From Octopus sinensis (Eukaryota): 64,000 nucleotides of DNA. Within the stretch, counting starts at the first letter, position 1; every line of letters starts with the position of its first letter. This document shows, piece after piece, positions 1-13,266 of the stretch. A program made the position numbers and the translations under genes. The DNA lies in the NCBI RefSeq assembly GCF_006345805.1, contig NC_043002.1, positions 103,044,001 to 103,108,000 on the forward strand, written 5' to 3'. The notes under the pieces were generated by a model, which saw nothing but the letters and a program-made list of their open reading frames with translations, made no database searches and was not told the DNA's origin.

Positions 1-61
1 TTCTTGTATAAAGATGCCACTTCACATGGTGTGACCTGGATCACAGGTGCTGTTTCTTCAG
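1..61 (+). CDS. Possible 3' part of an internal coding exon of an unidentified host gene
   Basis: Frame 1 is open (FLYKDATSHGVTWITGAVSS-G) and ends at a consensus donor CAG|GTGAGT (59-67). Protein not recognised. Confidence 0.25.
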
Positions 62-173
62 GTGAGTAGAGTGAAGTTTAAATGCGTTGGATGCAAGATT
101 AAATTCTATTGAATGTTGTTGAATTACACGTCTTACTAGGAAGTTGGGATGAAATAAGAATGTACTCGATTTG

Positions 174-273
174 NNNNNNNNNNNNNNNNNNNNNNNNNNN
201 NNNNNNNNNNNNNNNNNNNNNNNNNNNNNNNNNNNNNNNNNNNNNNNNNNNNNNNNNNNNNNNNNNNNNNNNN
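174..273. other. Assembly gap (100 N)
   Basis: Run of exactly 100 N. Confidence 0.99.
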
Positions 274-1595
274 AAATTGAGTTGAACGAAGATTGTACTG
301 AATACCTTTTATTTCATTCTACACATGTTTCGAAGGCCACAAATTTCCAAATTCTGTTTAAATAGGGTACCATATTGCGGCTCTCTCTTCAGGGAAAAAA
401 AAACAGGAATTCCGTTTATTCCATTCTACTAATATATATATATATATTTATATATATATATATATACATATATAGGTGAGAGTGTTGGTATGTGAAAGCA
501 CGTGGCTGGAGGTATAACAGAATTCCATTTATCCATTCACTAATAATATATATATAATTAATATTATATATATATATAGACTATATAGGAGAGGTGTTGG
601 TATGTGAAAGCACGTGGTTGGAGATATAAAGACAACATAGAGTGAAAAACTACAGAAGACTTATTTTTATATGGTTAAAGAATATATTTAAATCGTTATG
701 TTAGAAAAGTGTTATAAAATGTTGCGTATAGTAACATAGTTTTGGAGAAATAACCAGTTTCGTATTTTCTTTACAAACTTCTCAAATTTCTTTACATATA
801 TCGTGTCATGCCTTCTCTATGTTGTGAAATATGGAGTTCCAGTGAGGGTAAAGTAATCAGGGTTTTTTTTTTACGGTATAAGGGAGGTAATCAAACATGT
901 TGGAAACGACTAATTTAACATGATTTGGTTTAGAAGGAACAGAATTTTACAAGTGGTTAAGTTTTGCTTCATATTTTTTTTTCAATGAGGTGCGTTTCCT
1001 TATTTAGAAACGTTAGAAATGGTTAAGCACCTATTATCAAATGGTTAAGCTCCAATTATCAAATGAAACTTGTGCGATAGTGTGTATATAAAACCGGAAT
1101 ATTTTCCTGTCCTCTGCTTTGATCCTATAACTTCGCAGAAACTACTATCAAATATTTTGTACATTTATGCATTTCTCACACAAATATAACATCTACATAC
1201 GGATTTGGAATGCTGAAAGAAGCAGATGCTGTGCATAAAGGACAGGGCAGCAATTAAAATATTTCTATATTGTTGTAGCTAAAGGATATAAAATATGTTA
1301 TTTCAATTTAGATTTATCTTAATCGAAATATAATAGATATCGTCTATTTTAATGGTTTGATTATGGCTCACCGAAGGTTTTAATGAAATTAAACAATGAT
1401 TGTATTTCACTGTGATGTCTGCGTCCTGTCACCATCTCCGAGTATATTCACATCTTTGTTACTTTTATCGTTGAATAATCACACCTCTCACGTATGTTGA
1501 TGAATGAAATAATACGATCACAAATATGAAATGCCGAACTAACGAAATATCCGGACGACAGGTTGCGTAGATCCGAGATCAGGAATTCTCTTCAG

Positions 1596-1848
1596 GTCGC
1601 ACAGATGATTAGATTGTTATAGTAAAAAATCCCAAGACAGTTTCTCCCTTCCAAGTCAACTAGTAGGACAACTAGTAGCAGACAACCAACGAGCTAGTCG
1701 CGTTAGTCCATACTTGGAGACCCATTTGGAAACATTGAGACTTCCTTCTGACAAGATTCTGTGGAGCCGATTACTGAACCTCTACCGCAACGGCCACTGC
1801 ACCAATAGTGGGCAAAGAAAATGGAACAATGGATGCAAAACCATACTT
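1596..1848 (+). other. Possible exon (coding status unclear)
   Basis: Acceptor TTCTCTTCAG (ends 1595) and donor CTT|GTGAGT (1849-1854). Frame 1 is open 1609-1848, but no frame is open across the whole interval. Confidence 0.15.
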
Positions 1849-2984
1849 GTGAGTTTTTCATGTTAAGCAAGTTTATTTTTCTGATGCAGCTGTTTTTATT
1901 AATATTTCGCATTATGCACACCAACTTTTAAAATATTCCCCTTCGTAAATCACTTTGTGTTTCTACTTTAAAACTCCTGCATTCCAAATCATACACGAAG
2001 TTGCTCGAGTTTGATATTCTTTTTGTTTATTTTTCTTCTTCAGAATATTGTTTTGTTGCTGTTTAATGTGTAAGTTTGTACATGTATTCGAGCATTTAGC
2101 TGCTCTGTCATAGATGATGTATAAAATTGGATGTTTATTAATATGCAGTGACAATGTGAGACTTCGATTACCAGCAGATCGAATAATATTTTCGATGTTT
2201 CATCGTGTGGATAATATAACCGATATTCAATTAATGCATAATATCAATAATAAGAGAAACAATGCTTCATCAATAATAATTTTCAAACAATTGAAGCACA
2301 TTTTCAGCTAATGCGTTACAACCGCCATTTATAGCAAATTTGAATAATTTTATATTAGGAGTTGTGAATCCATGAGCTGAGAGTAATTTAACTCCAATAC
2401 AATTCAGTGTTTTGGAAGAAATAACCTCATCCGTAACTCTGTTTCTTTCGTTACTTTATTTATTTATTTTTCTCTTTTGAAAATATTCGGATTTCGTTTC
2501 AAGTAGTTTCTCTTTTACATTCTACCGTCAGTTGTTGCTGAATAATTTTGTGTGGATCGATTTGTAATTCTTAATACAAAATTCCTTTGATTCACTATAA
2601 ATGTCGGTAGGATATTGACAGAAATTTTGCTTTGTTTAGTTTGTAATTATTACTGAATCACCACGATCATCATAATCGTCACCGTCCTCGTTATTTGGAC
2701 ACGCGAAAGATTACTTATTGGCATTTCGTCCTTCTTTAACTTCTGAATTAAAACTGCATGGCGATTGAATTTTCATTTAAGTCTTTCAGGGTCGATAAAA
2801 TTAAAAGGTCCTATTCAAGCCCTGGGGTCAATGGAATTCAGTAGATTCCTCATCCAAGATGTCAGGCCCTTCTATTCCTTGTAGAAACGATTATAATATT
2901 GCTGTTGTTACAAATGTTATTTTTGATATTACTAACTAATTAGCTATCCCTGAGTCGACATTAAAAATTGGAACTTTTGCTGCC

Positions 2985-4400
2985 GTTGTTGTTGTTGTCG
3001 TTATTGTATTAAGACTCACAGCTTATTTTGCTGTGTATGATGAAAAGTGTTAGCTGTCCGCAGCTAGTAGACTAAGGTGACACTTGTTTGAATGGTAATG
3101 TTTCAAGAACCCTGCGAAAGATTCTGGCAGTTCCATGCAATGCTGAGTTTTGTAGGTGTCCTGCCTTCACTCTTGCACCGATCTTTATCAGCCATGTTGG
3201 CAGTTGAGTTGTGATACTTCCAAGTGCACCAATTACTATTGGTCTCGCGTCTACTCTCTTCATTGACCACAAACGTCGTATTTCCCACGTTAAATCGTCC
3301 TCGTTTTTTTTTTTTACCTTCGTTGATCCTCTTGTCACCGGGGTATGCTATGTCGATTATCATATATGTTATATGTTCTTTCTTTTTTATTCACCACAGC
3401 AATGTCCTGTTCCCTATGTTTAGTCAGGTGATCGCACTGGATCATTTCATCCCACGGGATTTTGCAATACTCATTTTTCAGTGATTCCTTCTAGGGTTTG
3501 CTGATACCACGTCCTCTCCCTTTATAGGCCGTGGTTTCCACAGTTCGCAATGAACCATTTATGCCACCTTGTCATGGCGTTATTTTTCGTGCATCATCCG
3601 GAGTATTTGAGGGTTCCAAGCAGTGCAGTTTTCTGCATGTGCTCCTCCTTTATTGCAGCCCTTATTTGTTCCATATACTTCTCAAGTGTCTATTTTTTTG
3701 TTGCTGAATTCCTTCACTTCTCTAACTGAAATGACTATTTGTGCCTGTCTATTCTTTGTTTCAGTTCTTGCAACCATTCAGCATTCTTTTTGTGCTCCTT
3801 GTCTTTGCTCCAGATGTCACTCCAAAATCTTTGTCTCTCAATGTTATCTGGTATCAACTTTTATTCTGTACACTCTCGATTTATTTCTTTGAGGAATCTC
3901 TTCTGATCGACTCTGAATAACCGATTCTGCTAGTATCCCTTCATTACTTGGTCCTATCTTTCCATCTTTGCTTTCTTTGCAACGAGGTGTTGTTTCAGTT
4001 CCTCCACTAACATTTCAGGCGCTTTCTTTCAATATTATACTTCCTTCTCAGCGCCCTGTATTTTTGGTCGCTTTTAAGCTCCCCGTTTTCTTTTCCGTGT
4101 AACACACAAATGTCATTCTAGGGCGTATTTAACCCTGCCTGTATTCTTCTTTTCCACCGTGGATCTTATCTTATCTTATCTTATTTCTTTTCCTTGACAT
4201 CAACACCCACGTTTTCTGATACAATAATAGTTGCTGCCTTGATCAAATTACTTGTTTCTGTAATGTTTTTTTGTTCTGATGTATTTCAAAATTCCATTGA
4301 AATTTTTCATTTCTTGGTTCAATTTCCATCGATCAACCTTCTTAGTGCTGCAAATAATGTCGCTATCGTTCTCCTGTAGCATTACCTTTATTCTGTCGTA
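2985..4400 (-). mobile_element. Decayed R4/Dong-like (restriction-like endonuclease) non-LTR retrotransposon fragments
   Basis: Minus-strand translations: DPRWKRRIQ, QNRLFRVDQKRFLKEINRE, FWSDIWSKDKEHKKNAEWLQELK, RHDKVA, IIDIAYPGDKRI and WEIRRLWSMKRVDARPIVIGALGSI...GTARIFRRVLE. Frameshifts and stops present; (AAC)n-like tail near 2985-3005. Confidence 0.85.
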
Positions 4401-4439
4401 GATTGCTTTTTGCCCAAATTTCTAGTGTGATGTGGCTAC

Positions 4440-4690
4440 TCTTTTCATCTTTTCAAGGTTGCTTTGGCACATTTTTCAAGGCAAAATTTCAAGTTTATTT
4501 CTTTGATAAATTCATGTACTGTCTGTAGTAATGTTTCCAGTTGTTGATCATTTGTGGCGTACATTTTTAGATAATGCATATATAAGAGGTGGCTCATTGT
4601 TTTCCTGTAACAGTTGTATCCACATCCAGTTCTGTTTAGCGGGTAAGATAAAGGTGTCAGTGCCAAGCAGAAAAGGAGTGCAGTAATTGT
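4440..4690 (-). mobile_element. RT-core fragment of an R4/Dong-like LINE
   Basis: LLFCLALTPLSY...SHLLYMHYLKMYA...LETLLQTVH...KFCLEKCAKATLKR; the catalytic YMDD is decayed to YMHY. Confidence 0.85.
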
Positions 4691-4814
4691 TATCATTACT
4701 TTTTTTTCCTTGTTTCTTCAAATCTTCTTCCCTTTCTCGCCGAGTATTTTCCGTACACCTAGGGCAGAGAAGCTCATTGTATGCATCCCCAGATTACACG
4801 CGCAATTTCACAGC

Positions 4815-4848
<34 letters not shown>

Positions 4849-5337
4849 GTTTTTGTTGTTGTTTTCGTCGTCGTCATCATCATCATCATCATTAGATTCA
4901 AATGTTTTTTTGTTTTTTTTTACTAAATATTCCTCTTAGATTTAAGGGGTTCTGAAGTAATAGGAGAATATTGGAAAAATCGGAAAAAAAATCTTCCTTA
5001 CACGTTTCAAGCTTATCACATATTTGAACATCTTTGTTCAAATATGTGAACATTATGTTTCCATTAACTTTAATATAACTTGATGTAGAATGGTATTACC
5101 AGTAACACACTTGTATTGCCTGTAATGTAACGTTATTATTGCATTCATAATAAATTTCTAATTGTACTTATGATTGCAATATACATTTCATCTCTTTTAT
5201 GAAGGAACTTGATATTATTTCGTTAATATTACGAAACAATGTTATATCGTTTCCTTATGTCATTGTGGTAAAGTTTCCTTTCTACGACCACACTCGAAAT
5301 ACACAATCATAACCAGATCTTGTAATCTAGAAGGTCT

Positions 5338-5460
5338 TGTTTCTGTAATGTTTTTTGTTCTGATGTAATTCAGAATTCCATTGAAATTTTTCATTTCTTG
5401 GTTCAATTTCCGCCGATCAACCTTCTTAGTGCTGCAAATAATGTCGCTATCGTCTCCTGA
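5338..5460 (-). repeat. Second copy of the LINE segment at ~4257-4378
   Basis: Near-identical TTTCTGTAATGTTTTTTGTTCTGATG...GCAAATAATGTCGCTATCG. Confidence 0.85.
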
Positions 5461-7261
5461 AGCGTTGCCTTTATTCTTGCAATCTAGAAGGTCTTATCAA
5501 ACGTCCACTTTGCTTTCCCGATAAACTCATCGCTCATTACCGCTTGATGTCCAACGCATTAATGACCTGGCAATACGCTAATTATTTACACAGTTTCCCT
5601 AGAGTGTTGCAACAATTTAAATTCACGTCTATACAAAATTTCTTTTACAGCAAACATCTCAGTCTACCGATATCCAAAGTGAACATAAGCATCATCGACC
5701 TCTAGGACAAGCAACACATTGGACACTTTCAAAGCTAATAGCATTACCATATCATAAAATAACTAATAATTCGTGACTAGACCTATCCCGATTGAACAGC
5801 AAAATATTTTATAGAGAAATATATTTATCGTAATAATCTCTTGGTAACGATCTTATAATCGGAAAGAGCTAATATAAATAAAGGTTTGGATATTTCAGCT
5901 GAGTAAATATTATATATAATCGAACCTGAGGCATTCTTTCGAGCGTTCTTTTGCTCCTGATACCTGTTCCGTTACCTCATTAATCAACAAAACAGAAAAA
6001 AAGAAACTCAGTCTCCTTCAATACAACCCAAAATATGTGCGTAGTTAGATAATTATTAATATATTATACAAACATAAATATTAACATAAACAGCCATTGG
6101 GGAAAGCCCTGTAATACCGAATAACTCAGGTATTTATCCTTAATTTATATACGAAACTAAAACGAAAATAAGATATTTTAATTAAATCTCTTAGCTATAC
6201 GCTAATTAGATTGTTCTCAATATTTTATTTTCGTTTATAAGAGTTCATTTTATTTCTCTATTTTTAATATAGATCTAAAGTTCTTTTTTTCTCTTATTAA
6301 TACAGTGATATTAAAATCTAATTTATCGCAAAACGAAATTAATAAATCATTTTGTTGCACAGATGTTTATAACTAAATATCGAAATGTCGTATAACGATA
6401 TACATCTAGTTAAAACATAGACAGGTAGAATAAGTCTCATATTTAACATTTGTATTTTCAATGCAATAAAAACTAAAAGCATGAACGATTTTTTGCAAAC
6501 ATAATTTCACACCTAGAGATATACAGACGAAGTTTCCCTCATAAATTTATTTATATAGACACACTTCCAGATGAACAGGCATTTAAGCTCATTTTCACTC
6601 ATTTGATATATGAGCAGAATCTTTTTTGTCGGATGCTGCAGAACGCTACCTCATTCTCTCTTTTCCCTGATTCCCACTTATACACACGAACACATACGCA
6701 GAAATTCAGGTGCCCAGATCTCTGCGTCTGTTTGTATCCCTGCTTGCGTATATTTGTACTTCTACGTAAATGATACTGTATTGTTCAACGTTAGCGTCAA
6801 TATCTGTACACTTATTTTCAATTAAAATATTAAGTTACAGTTACCACGTCGTATTTTAATGTTTACCAAGGATTTCGTCAATATAATGAAATACTAAAAT
6901 TTACAGATTACATTAGTCACCCAGTTACAGACTCATATTATACAGCAATTACTCATGAATATACAGCATAATATTAAAACCAATGCTTAGAAATGTTCTT
7001 AATAACACTACCATGCGTATAACAAACTTACCTTTTGATAAATAACCCTTTCACTCTTAATCTTCTTCAAATGACACCGTCAATGTGAATACAATACATG
7101 CAAAAACAGAATACAACATATAGAGACAGGGAAGATTATTAAACGGAGAAATTGTAGGCAACGAATTTTGAACAAATATGATCCCACATGTCATTCATAT
7201 GGTTATTCAGTTCTTTACAGGATATATCTAAACTGTATTAATATGCATTTCCTTTTCTCTT

Positions 7262-7660
7262 TCTCTTTTACTTGTTTCAGTCATTTGACTGCGGCCATGC
7301 TGGAGCACCGCCTTTAGTCGAGCAAATTGACCCCAGGACTTATTCTTTGTAAGCCCAGTACTTATTCTATCGGTCTCTTTTTTGCCGAACCGCTAAGTGA
7401 CGGGGACGTAAACACACCAGCATCGGTTGTCAAGCAATGCTAGGGGGACAAACACAGACACACAAACACACATATATATATATATACATATATACGACAG
7501 GCTTCTTTCAGTTTCCGTCTACCAAATCCACTCACAAGGCATTGGTTGGCCCGGGGCTATAGCAGAAGACACTTGCCGAAGATGCCACGCAGTGGGACTG
7601 AACCCGGAACCATGAGGTTGGTTAGCAAGCTACTTACCACACAGCCACTCCTGAGCCTAC
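7262..7660 (-). mobile_element. tRNA-derived SINE family 1, full length
   Basis: A-box TGGCTGTGTGG, B-box GGTTCAGTCCC, central GCCTTGTGAGTGGATTTGGTAGACGGAAACTGAAAGAAGCC (resembles the MetaSINE core as I recall it), tail CCAGCATGGCCGCAGTCAAATGACTGAAACAAGTAAAAGAG. Several copies in the window. Confidence 0.9.
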
Positions 7661-7699
7661 TTCCGTTCATATTATTAAAATAATAGTAAAAGGAATCGT

Positions 7700-8250
7700 C
7701 TTATGGTGATCTACGATTTACAGAATGCATTGCCAAAAACTTTGCAGCAAGCAGTATATGCCGAAGACAAGTTTTCGTTAAAAGCACTCGTATAATATCT
7801 TCTGTGTATAACTTCAGCAACCATGATTTCCCAATAAAGACAAGGTTTCCTTCTACAGTGAATGCTTAGCTCAATGGTATCTATTGTAAATAACTTTCAC
7901 ATAGCAAATGCAGCAAGTTTACTGACGTTCAATTTAAAGAAAGATTCTTTGATCATCTGCATGCATTCAGGTACTCAGAAAGGTGTTTAGACTTATACAT
8001 ATAATAATTCCACTGACATCCTCTTTGAAAGATTTCAATGTTTTGAGCGAACAGAATTGTGAATTTTTCTGAAAATGTTTCTTCAAATCATTAATTGCTG
8101 ATGCAATTTAATCATCACATACATCGAAGGTCCGCAATTGATTCTCAAAAACAAACATGAGGTATTTTCTTTAACCCTGCATAAACATGTTGCCTGACAT
8201 AGTTCTTTAACAGTATTGTTCTTTAGTATTCGGCTCTAACGATGGCCTTA
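7700..8250 (-). mobile_element. Possible highly decayed hAT transposase remnant
   Basis: Weak resemblance to the hAT C-terminal STYxCExxFS...KSxxRSxL motif near 7700-7790; many stops. Confidence 0.2.
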
Positions 8251-8854
8251 TAGCGAAGCAGTGTTTTCAACGTTTAAATGTATAGGGATGTAACATCCCT
8301 AGACATAACATACATTAGGGACACTTAATCTCACTGCATAATTTCACAGACGCAAAAATACAGGCATTCATATATAAACAAATACATATATGCAAGTATA
8401 TACACACTTATATCATACATATATTTATTAACATAATGTTGGTAAATATCAGTGTGAAACACAAAAAGCTCTGAATTTGCTGCAAAAAAATGACTATGTA
8501 ATAAATATTTTGGAAATTCAATCGCTGAAGTCCGAAGTAGAATATGTGAAAATATTATAACATAAACAAGTAAATGTTTCACAGTTTTTGGTATTTAAAT
8601 TGTAGTGATGAAAACTTGTTTGTTTTTTCGTTAGATCCTTCTTTATAGACGTAAAAAAATAAAATATAAACATATATCTAAGTGTATGCTCATGTGGGGA
8701 GGTGCAGGAATGTAACTATCCAATTTCTATAGTTATTTATATATGCGCAAGCGATTGAGTGTGCGTGTGTGTGAACGCGCTAACACACACACACTCATCA
8801 ATTCATATACACATATACATGCATTCGTATACGGATATATATACATATACATAG

Positions 8855-8887
<33 letters not shown>

Positions 8888-9726
8888 CATATATATTAAT
8901 CCTAATATGCATATACAAACATATATATGCACACACAAACATATATATGCGCATATATTTATCTGTTTGTGTGTATGCATGTATGGGGACGTGCATAGGT
9001 ACGTGTGTGTATGTGCGTGTGTGTGTGTGTGTATGTGTGTGTGTTTGTGTCTGTTCGTGTGTGTAAGACCTCTTGCAAAATTGATAAAATGATGGCTATT
9101 GAAATACTCTCACTTGGGGAATACTAAAAATTACTCCTTAAATTCTAACACCCCAAACAATGAAATGGAAATAATTGCTTGAATAAATTTCTGTTTGTTT
9201 CTATTACTCTCCGACTATAAATTAGAAATGTTAAAATAGATTTCTGGCTTCGTTCACTAGATTTGCTGCGTCAGTTTTTACTGCAACCTGCCAAATATTG
9301 TGGCTGCCAAATAGGTGTATTGTCAATAAGGAAATCTGTCTTCCTTGTCTAGATGCACTCTAATATATACATAGGTACGCACGTATTTACACGCAGACGT
9401 ACACACCCACAGACTTATGGGAACGTGCATACATACACATAGGTGTGTGTATGTGTGCGTGCACATCAGCACCAGTGTATGCGTATACATAAATTTAATT
9501 ACACCGTAGGGTCTACTAATTCATATGCGTAATTTTAATGTATATATATATATATACATATATACATATACATATATATATCTATATATATTTATACATA
9601 TATATATATATAAATATATATATACATACATATAATATATCTATATATATTTATACATATATATATATATAATATATATATATATATACATATATATACA
9701 TATATATATATACACACACACAATAA

Positions 9727-9762
<36 letters not shown>

Positions 9763-9770
<8 letters not shown>

Positions 9771-10065
9771 AAAGGGCTTAGTAAAATAAATTACTTTGCC
9801 TCATACTGAACTCATTAGAAATAGTAGCTAAAAAAACTTTTTTAAAACTATTTCTAGAGAGAGAGATTTTCTTTAAGTATTAGAAATAGTTTTTAAAAAG
9901 TTTTTTTAGCTACTATTTCTAATGAGTTCAGTATGTGGCAAAGTAATTTATTTTACTAAGCCCTTTTATATAATGTAATAATTTGAATTCGCCTTAAATG
10001 GTCCCTTTGCATACTGAATACTTGGTGAAATTGATTAATAATTAATTAATTTTACCCTCAATTGT

Positions 10066-10068
<3 letters not shown>
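9763..10068. mobile_element. (TA)n-embedded asymmetric palindromic element (family P1)
   Basis: 94-nt inverted arms 9763-9856 and 9881-9974, followed by an unpaired ~94-nt tail. Arm ends and tail recur at 38644-39343. Confidence 0.8.
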
Positions 10069-10120
<52 letters not shown>

Positions 10121-10145
10121 ATCTATAATGTATATATATATATAT

Positions 10146-10379
10146 GATAAAGTAGTTGTATGCAGTCAGCTTAATGTGACAGTCCCATGGAAGGAATAAT
10201 ACTACTACTATTTAACCCTAGAAAGCAGCAACGATTCCTGTCGGCCTTGACACATTTCCTGTGTCGTTATGTTTGCAAGGGGGACAGGAAGCGTTCCTGC
10301 TTCCTAGGGCTAAATAGCAGTAGTATTATTGCCTTCATGGGACTCTCACATTAAGTTGACAATATACAACTACTTTAAC
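10146..10379. repeat. Imperfect long inverted repeat
   Basis: 10146-10228 pairs with 10297-10379, with further pairing inside (AACGATTCCTGTC / GACAGGAAGCGTT). Confidence 0.75.
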
Positions 10380-10428
10380 GTATCACTACTGCATAAATCT
10401 CTCTGAGAGATTTAGAAATATATTCATT

Positions 10429-10429
<1 letters not shown>

Positions 10430-10461
<32 letters not shown>

Positions 10462-10518
10462 GCTCTCTCTCTATAGATCTCTCTATATAGATATATAGAT
10501 ATATATATAATAGATATA

Positions 10519-10554
<36 letters not shown>

Positions 10555-10615
10555 TATATATTCTTATTTAGAAGATATATATATATAGATAGATAATATA
10601 TATATATAGATATAT

Positions 10616-10660
<45 letters not shown>

Positions 10661-10815
10661 TAATATATATAGAGATATATATATATAGATAGATATAGAT
10701 ATATATATAGATATATATATAGATAGTATATAGATAGATAGATATATATATAGATATATATATATATATATAGATATATATAATATATAATATATATATA
10801 TAGATATATAGATAT

Positions 10816-10847
<32 letters not shown>

Positions 10848-11270
10848 GATAGAGATATATAGATATATATAGATATATATAGATATAGAAGATATATAAT
10901 ATAGAGATATATATATAGATATAATAGATAGATAGGAAGATATATATATAGATATATATAGATATATATATATAGATATATATATATAGATATAGAGGAT
11001 ATATAGTATATATATAGTAATATATATATATAGCGATATATATAGATATATATATAGATATAATAGATATAGATACTATATATAGATATATATATATATA
11101 TATAGTATAGATATATATATATAGATCTATATAATATATATAGATATATATATATATATATTCTAGATATATATATTATATATAGTATATATATATAATA
11201 GATATATATCTATATTATGATATATATAGATATATATATATATATTTATTATATATAGATATATATATAG

Positions 11271-11346
<76 letters not shown>

Positions 11347-11380
11347 TATATTATATATATATAATATATATATATTATAT
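10430..11380. repeat. Long degenerate (TA)n/(GATA)n microsatellite
   Basis: Direct inspection. Confidence 0.97.
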
Positions 11381-11382
11381 AT

Positions 11383-11443
11383 AGAAGGAGCTTCTACAGG
11401 ACTAGAACTGTTTCATTCAAGAGAATCATCAGAAGCTCCTTCT
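11383..11443 (-). ncRNA. Minimal type I hammerhead-like motif
   Basis: Minus strand: AGAAGGAGCTT-CTGATGA-TTC TCTT GAA T-GAAACAG-TTCTAGTC-CTGTA-GAAGCTCCTTCT. Helix III is ACAG/CTGT with a GUA triplet; helix I register needs one extra C. Confidence 0.55.
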
Positions 11444-11520
11444 ATATAATAAATTAATTTTACTCTGCTATGTATTGAGTACCTTATTTACTGTGGTTAA
11501 CCCCGAATCAACCCGGGACC

Positions 11521-11562
<42 letters not shown>

Positions 11563-12553
11563 ATATATATATGCATATATATGCATATATCATATATTTA
11601 TATACCTATCAGTAAATGTAATATGTGAAACTCCGAAACTCCGAGTATTATCATGGCTACCGAATAATTGTGACATATATTTACAGATAAATTCCTCTAT
11701 TTACATAATATCGAGGTATCCTTCTTTGTTTCTTTTGTTATCTTGCCGTTTTTATCAATATATATATATATATATATATTATAATAATAACGAATGTTTG
11801 CGAAAATGCATAAATTTTGTAATACAATATAGATAATCTTCAGTATCAGTGTTAATACTTCGAACATTAGCTTAAAATTTTGGGGGAAATATATTTGCTG
11901 TAGGAAATTTGCCCATTTTCAGTTGCTGAAATGCTAATGATTTTTGGTGGATCCTCAACTAATATGGTTTTCCATCTAAAGAAAATAACTTGCTATATTA
12001 AGTGTTTGCCTGATGACAAGAAACAAGAATGAAATGGCACTATTCGCGATTGCCGATCACTAGGAATTTGAAGACCTTTCTAATATGTTAGGAAAAGGAA
12101 ATTAAAAGGATTGTTTTAAAATTTTGCTGGTAACTCAGAAAGTTGTTTCTGGTTTTCGCCACCTACGATGTACCTCGTATCAAATCGGACCGATGGTGAG
12201 TAGTTCATTCGTGTAGAAGATAAAGTTATGTGAATGTTTATGAGTTAATGTTACATTTCATGTCCCAAGGGTTCGATTTCTTCAGAAAATAGAATAGATG
12301 TAAATGAAATTGAAATACTTGTTTTCACATTATATGATGGCATCGTTATATCAATCACCTCGACGTTTCGCATGATTTGATACAACCAATATCGGGTTCT
12401 TGTCTGTATTGATGCTCCTTAAGGGAATGAGAAATGAAAGGCCAACAATTGGTCAGGTATGGTTTCAAGTAAAACATCGGAAACGAATATTCTTTTGAGT
12501 TACTTTTAACTATATATTCATAACAGTTGCTACTTTACCACCTATGTTCAACT

Positions 12554-12856
12554 TATTATTATGATTATGGCTTGGCTTCGCGAACGAAGACCAGGAAGGC
12601 TGTCCACGTCACGTGCATGCACGCTCATGACTGACAAGTCCGATATGGGAAAGGCAGGTCCGTGAGCAGTGTCCACAGACGAAGGTAACATCCGGTGTGG
12701 TGTCAGAGGTGGCTCGCGCCTTCCTCATGCGTCTCTTGTCTTTAAGTGGGTCTCTTCTGTTCCGCAAATTTGCTGACTGCGTTGAAGATCATGTGGCGCC
12801 GGACATCACGGTCCGCAGCCAGGTCTGACCAGCATTGGTGGTTTATTTGACATGCT
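12554..12856 (-). mobile_element. 5'-truncated RTE-clade LINE (3' end)
   Basis: WSDLAADRD...KDKRRMRKAR...FVCGHCSRTCLSHIGLVSHERAC, the typical RTE C-terminus. 3' UTR TTCGTTCGCGAAGCCAAGCC with (TAA)-like tail; TSD TATGTTCAACT at 12543-12553 and 12857-12867. Confidence 0.88.
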
Positions 12857-12874
12857 TATGTTCAACTAAAGAGT

Positions 12875-13266
12875 GAATGAATCGAAGCACTCCGTCGGTT
12901 ACGACGATGAGGGTTCCGGTTGATCCGAATCAACGTAACAGCCTACTCGTGAAATTAACGTGTAAGTGACTGAGCACTCCACAGACACGTGTACCCTTAA
13001 CGTAGTTCTCGGGGATATTCAGCGTGACACAGAGAGTGACAAGGCCGGCCCTTTGAAATACAGGTACAACAGAAACAGGAAGGAAGAGTGAGAGAAAGTT
13101 GTGGTGAAAGAGTACAGCAGGGATCACCACCATCCACTGCCGGAGCTTCGTGGAGCTTTAGGTGTTTTCGCTCAATAAACACTCACAATGCCGGGTCTGG
13201 GAATCGAAACCGCGATCCTATAACCGCGAGTCCGCTGCCCTAACGACTGGGCCATTGCGTCTCCAC
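12875..13266 (-). mobile_element. tRNA-derived SINE family 3a, full length
   Basis: Head GGAGACGCAATGGCCCAGTCGTTAGG...GGTTTCGATTCCC; TSD TCAACTAAAGAGT at 12862-12874 and 13267-13279; homologous to 20497-20886. Confidence 0.92.
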
